From the human T2T-CHM13v2.0 reference genome, Homo sapiens, in the NCBI RefSeq assembly GCF_009914755.1, contig NC_060926.1: a stretch of 64,000 nt of DNA; one strand, given 5' to 3'. The notes under the pieces were generated by a model. That model searched no databases. It was not told where the DNA came from and saw nothing but the letters and a program-made list of their open reading frames with translations. Positions 62,526-64,000 of the stretch are shown here, piece by piece. A program made the position numbers and the translations under genes. Position 1 is the stretch's first letter, and each line of letters starts with the position of its first letter.

Positions 62526-64000
62526 TAGGATTCGATTATCTGTGAAAAAACTTTATAAAGATGAGGACTACAAGCTATGTATATACAGTATGTATACACT
62601 GTATAGAATATATGTAAAGATAATCTGAGTATGTCCTCTCATTGGAACAAAAACCTGTCAAGTCACTGTCAAGGAGACAGTAAAAACATGTTGGTGATGG
62701 GTGAAGCTATTCCATTCACTGAGAAATTGGCACCCTCACATGTAAAGGGAGTTTATGTCTGCATGTTAGAGGGATACCGTGCCATGTGTGGCTTTGGTCC
62801 ACGTCTACCTACAGGCTTCAGTGACTGAGAGGACAGCATCAGGGAAAGGGGCCTCTGGGACTCTGGGTTTGCTATCTTGTCCTGGAGGGGAGTAAGATCT
62901 CTGGCTTGATGCTCTGAAGACCCAGGTTCTAGGACCAGCTTTCCCCCTTCAAGCTGCACGACCTTAGGCAGACCACTTTTCTGATAAGCACAGGCTACAT
63001 CTCTAAAGTAAGGGACTGGACAATGTGCTCTCTAAGGCACCTTCCAAATTACACTACATAATTTTGTTGAAACCATCCTTTCTTACTATGAGACACTGCT
63101 GAGGATTCCTATAAGCTTTACATTTTTGTGAAGCTATTTGGTCTCTATGTGCTTTCCACTTAATGGTATTTAATGACCTCTCACCCTAGCACGATGAACG
63201 CAGAAGCCACTTATTTTGCATAAACTCTAATAAGTGGCCATGAAGTACAAGTGTAGTTAATTCCCATGGCCCGAAATTCCCTGAGAAATTTCCTCTAAAA
63301 GTGGGATTTCTGACATCTGTGGGGAGCTGCATTAGGGAAAGCGCCTTCTAATCACCTGTGAGGTCATCCTGAAGGCTGTCGCCTCTTCTGTTTATGTGTA
63401 CAGAGCGGGGCCGTGCTTCTGATGGGGGTTGAGAAACAGTGCTAGAATGGAGAGGGTGGCACCATCAAACAAGAGAGGCAGCGTCTGACCTTAACTGACT
63501 GGAAAGACGAAGCTGGGCTATACACTCACTTTGGTCTGTATGAAAACAGGCAGACTTGAGAGCAGAGCTGGGGGCTCTGTCCAGTCCCATGACAACCCTA
63601 AACATGTGAGCTTTCTCCTACGAAGGGCTGAAAAATACCCAAGGCTTGCCTTCCCTAAGAGTGTTTGAATAAGTGTATGTGTTTGAATCGTCCGTGGAAA
63701 AACTGCTTTATCTTTTTATTTAATAATCCTGTTAAGCTACTTCAAGGTATTTAAAAGCACTACATTAGGTGGAAAGAAACAAAAGAGAGCCATCAGTGTG
63801 AGTGACCTACAGCGCTTAGGGAGGGAAACCATTAGTTTAACACAAAACATGGAGACCCCACCGCTGTGAAATCGTTAGTGACTCTCTGGCCCCTACGTAA
63901 CTGGTAGAGTCATGGGGATTCCTGGAGATAGGAGGATACGTGAATGGCCTTTTATTTTCTCTCTCTTTCCTGGGTTTTATGTAAGGTGAAATGCCACGAG

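Noticed and set aside
62582-62605. Near-palindrome TATACAG-TA-TGTATACA-CTGTATA
   Set aside because: Low-complexity AT-rich sequence; likely chance or slippage

Overview
Human (primate) genomic DNA, recognised from memory as chr2p23.3. Three features are on the minus strand. (1) The 5' end of DNMT3A: a ~2.7-kb CpG island (~17.3-20.1 kb) with two alternative non-coding first exons, and intron 1 running off the left edge. (2) MIR1301 inside that intron (5982-6063). (3) The last three exons of DTNB (beta-dystrobrevin; 61218-61165, 56652-56619, 54882-~54560), encoding ...AEEGAEEEEEKMQNGKDRG*. The ~34-kb interval between the genes is Alu-dense and holds nested L1/MaLR elements, a complete MER4-group solo LTR with TSD, two small CpG islands with convergent CTCF motifs, and candidate + strand lncRNA exons. 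The long ORFs in the track are GC-content or Alu artefacts. No new gene system is demonstrable from sequence alone. The best leads are: (a) a perfect 9-bp hairpin that competes with the lower stem of pri-miR-1301; (b) several latent splice choices that could switch the DTNB C-terminus; (c) an isolated NRF1 motif upstream of DNMT3A that could act as a methylation sensor; (d) a CTCF/MEF2/TATA-palindrome module just past the DTNB 3' end. Repeat subfamily names and boundaries are by eye and approximate.
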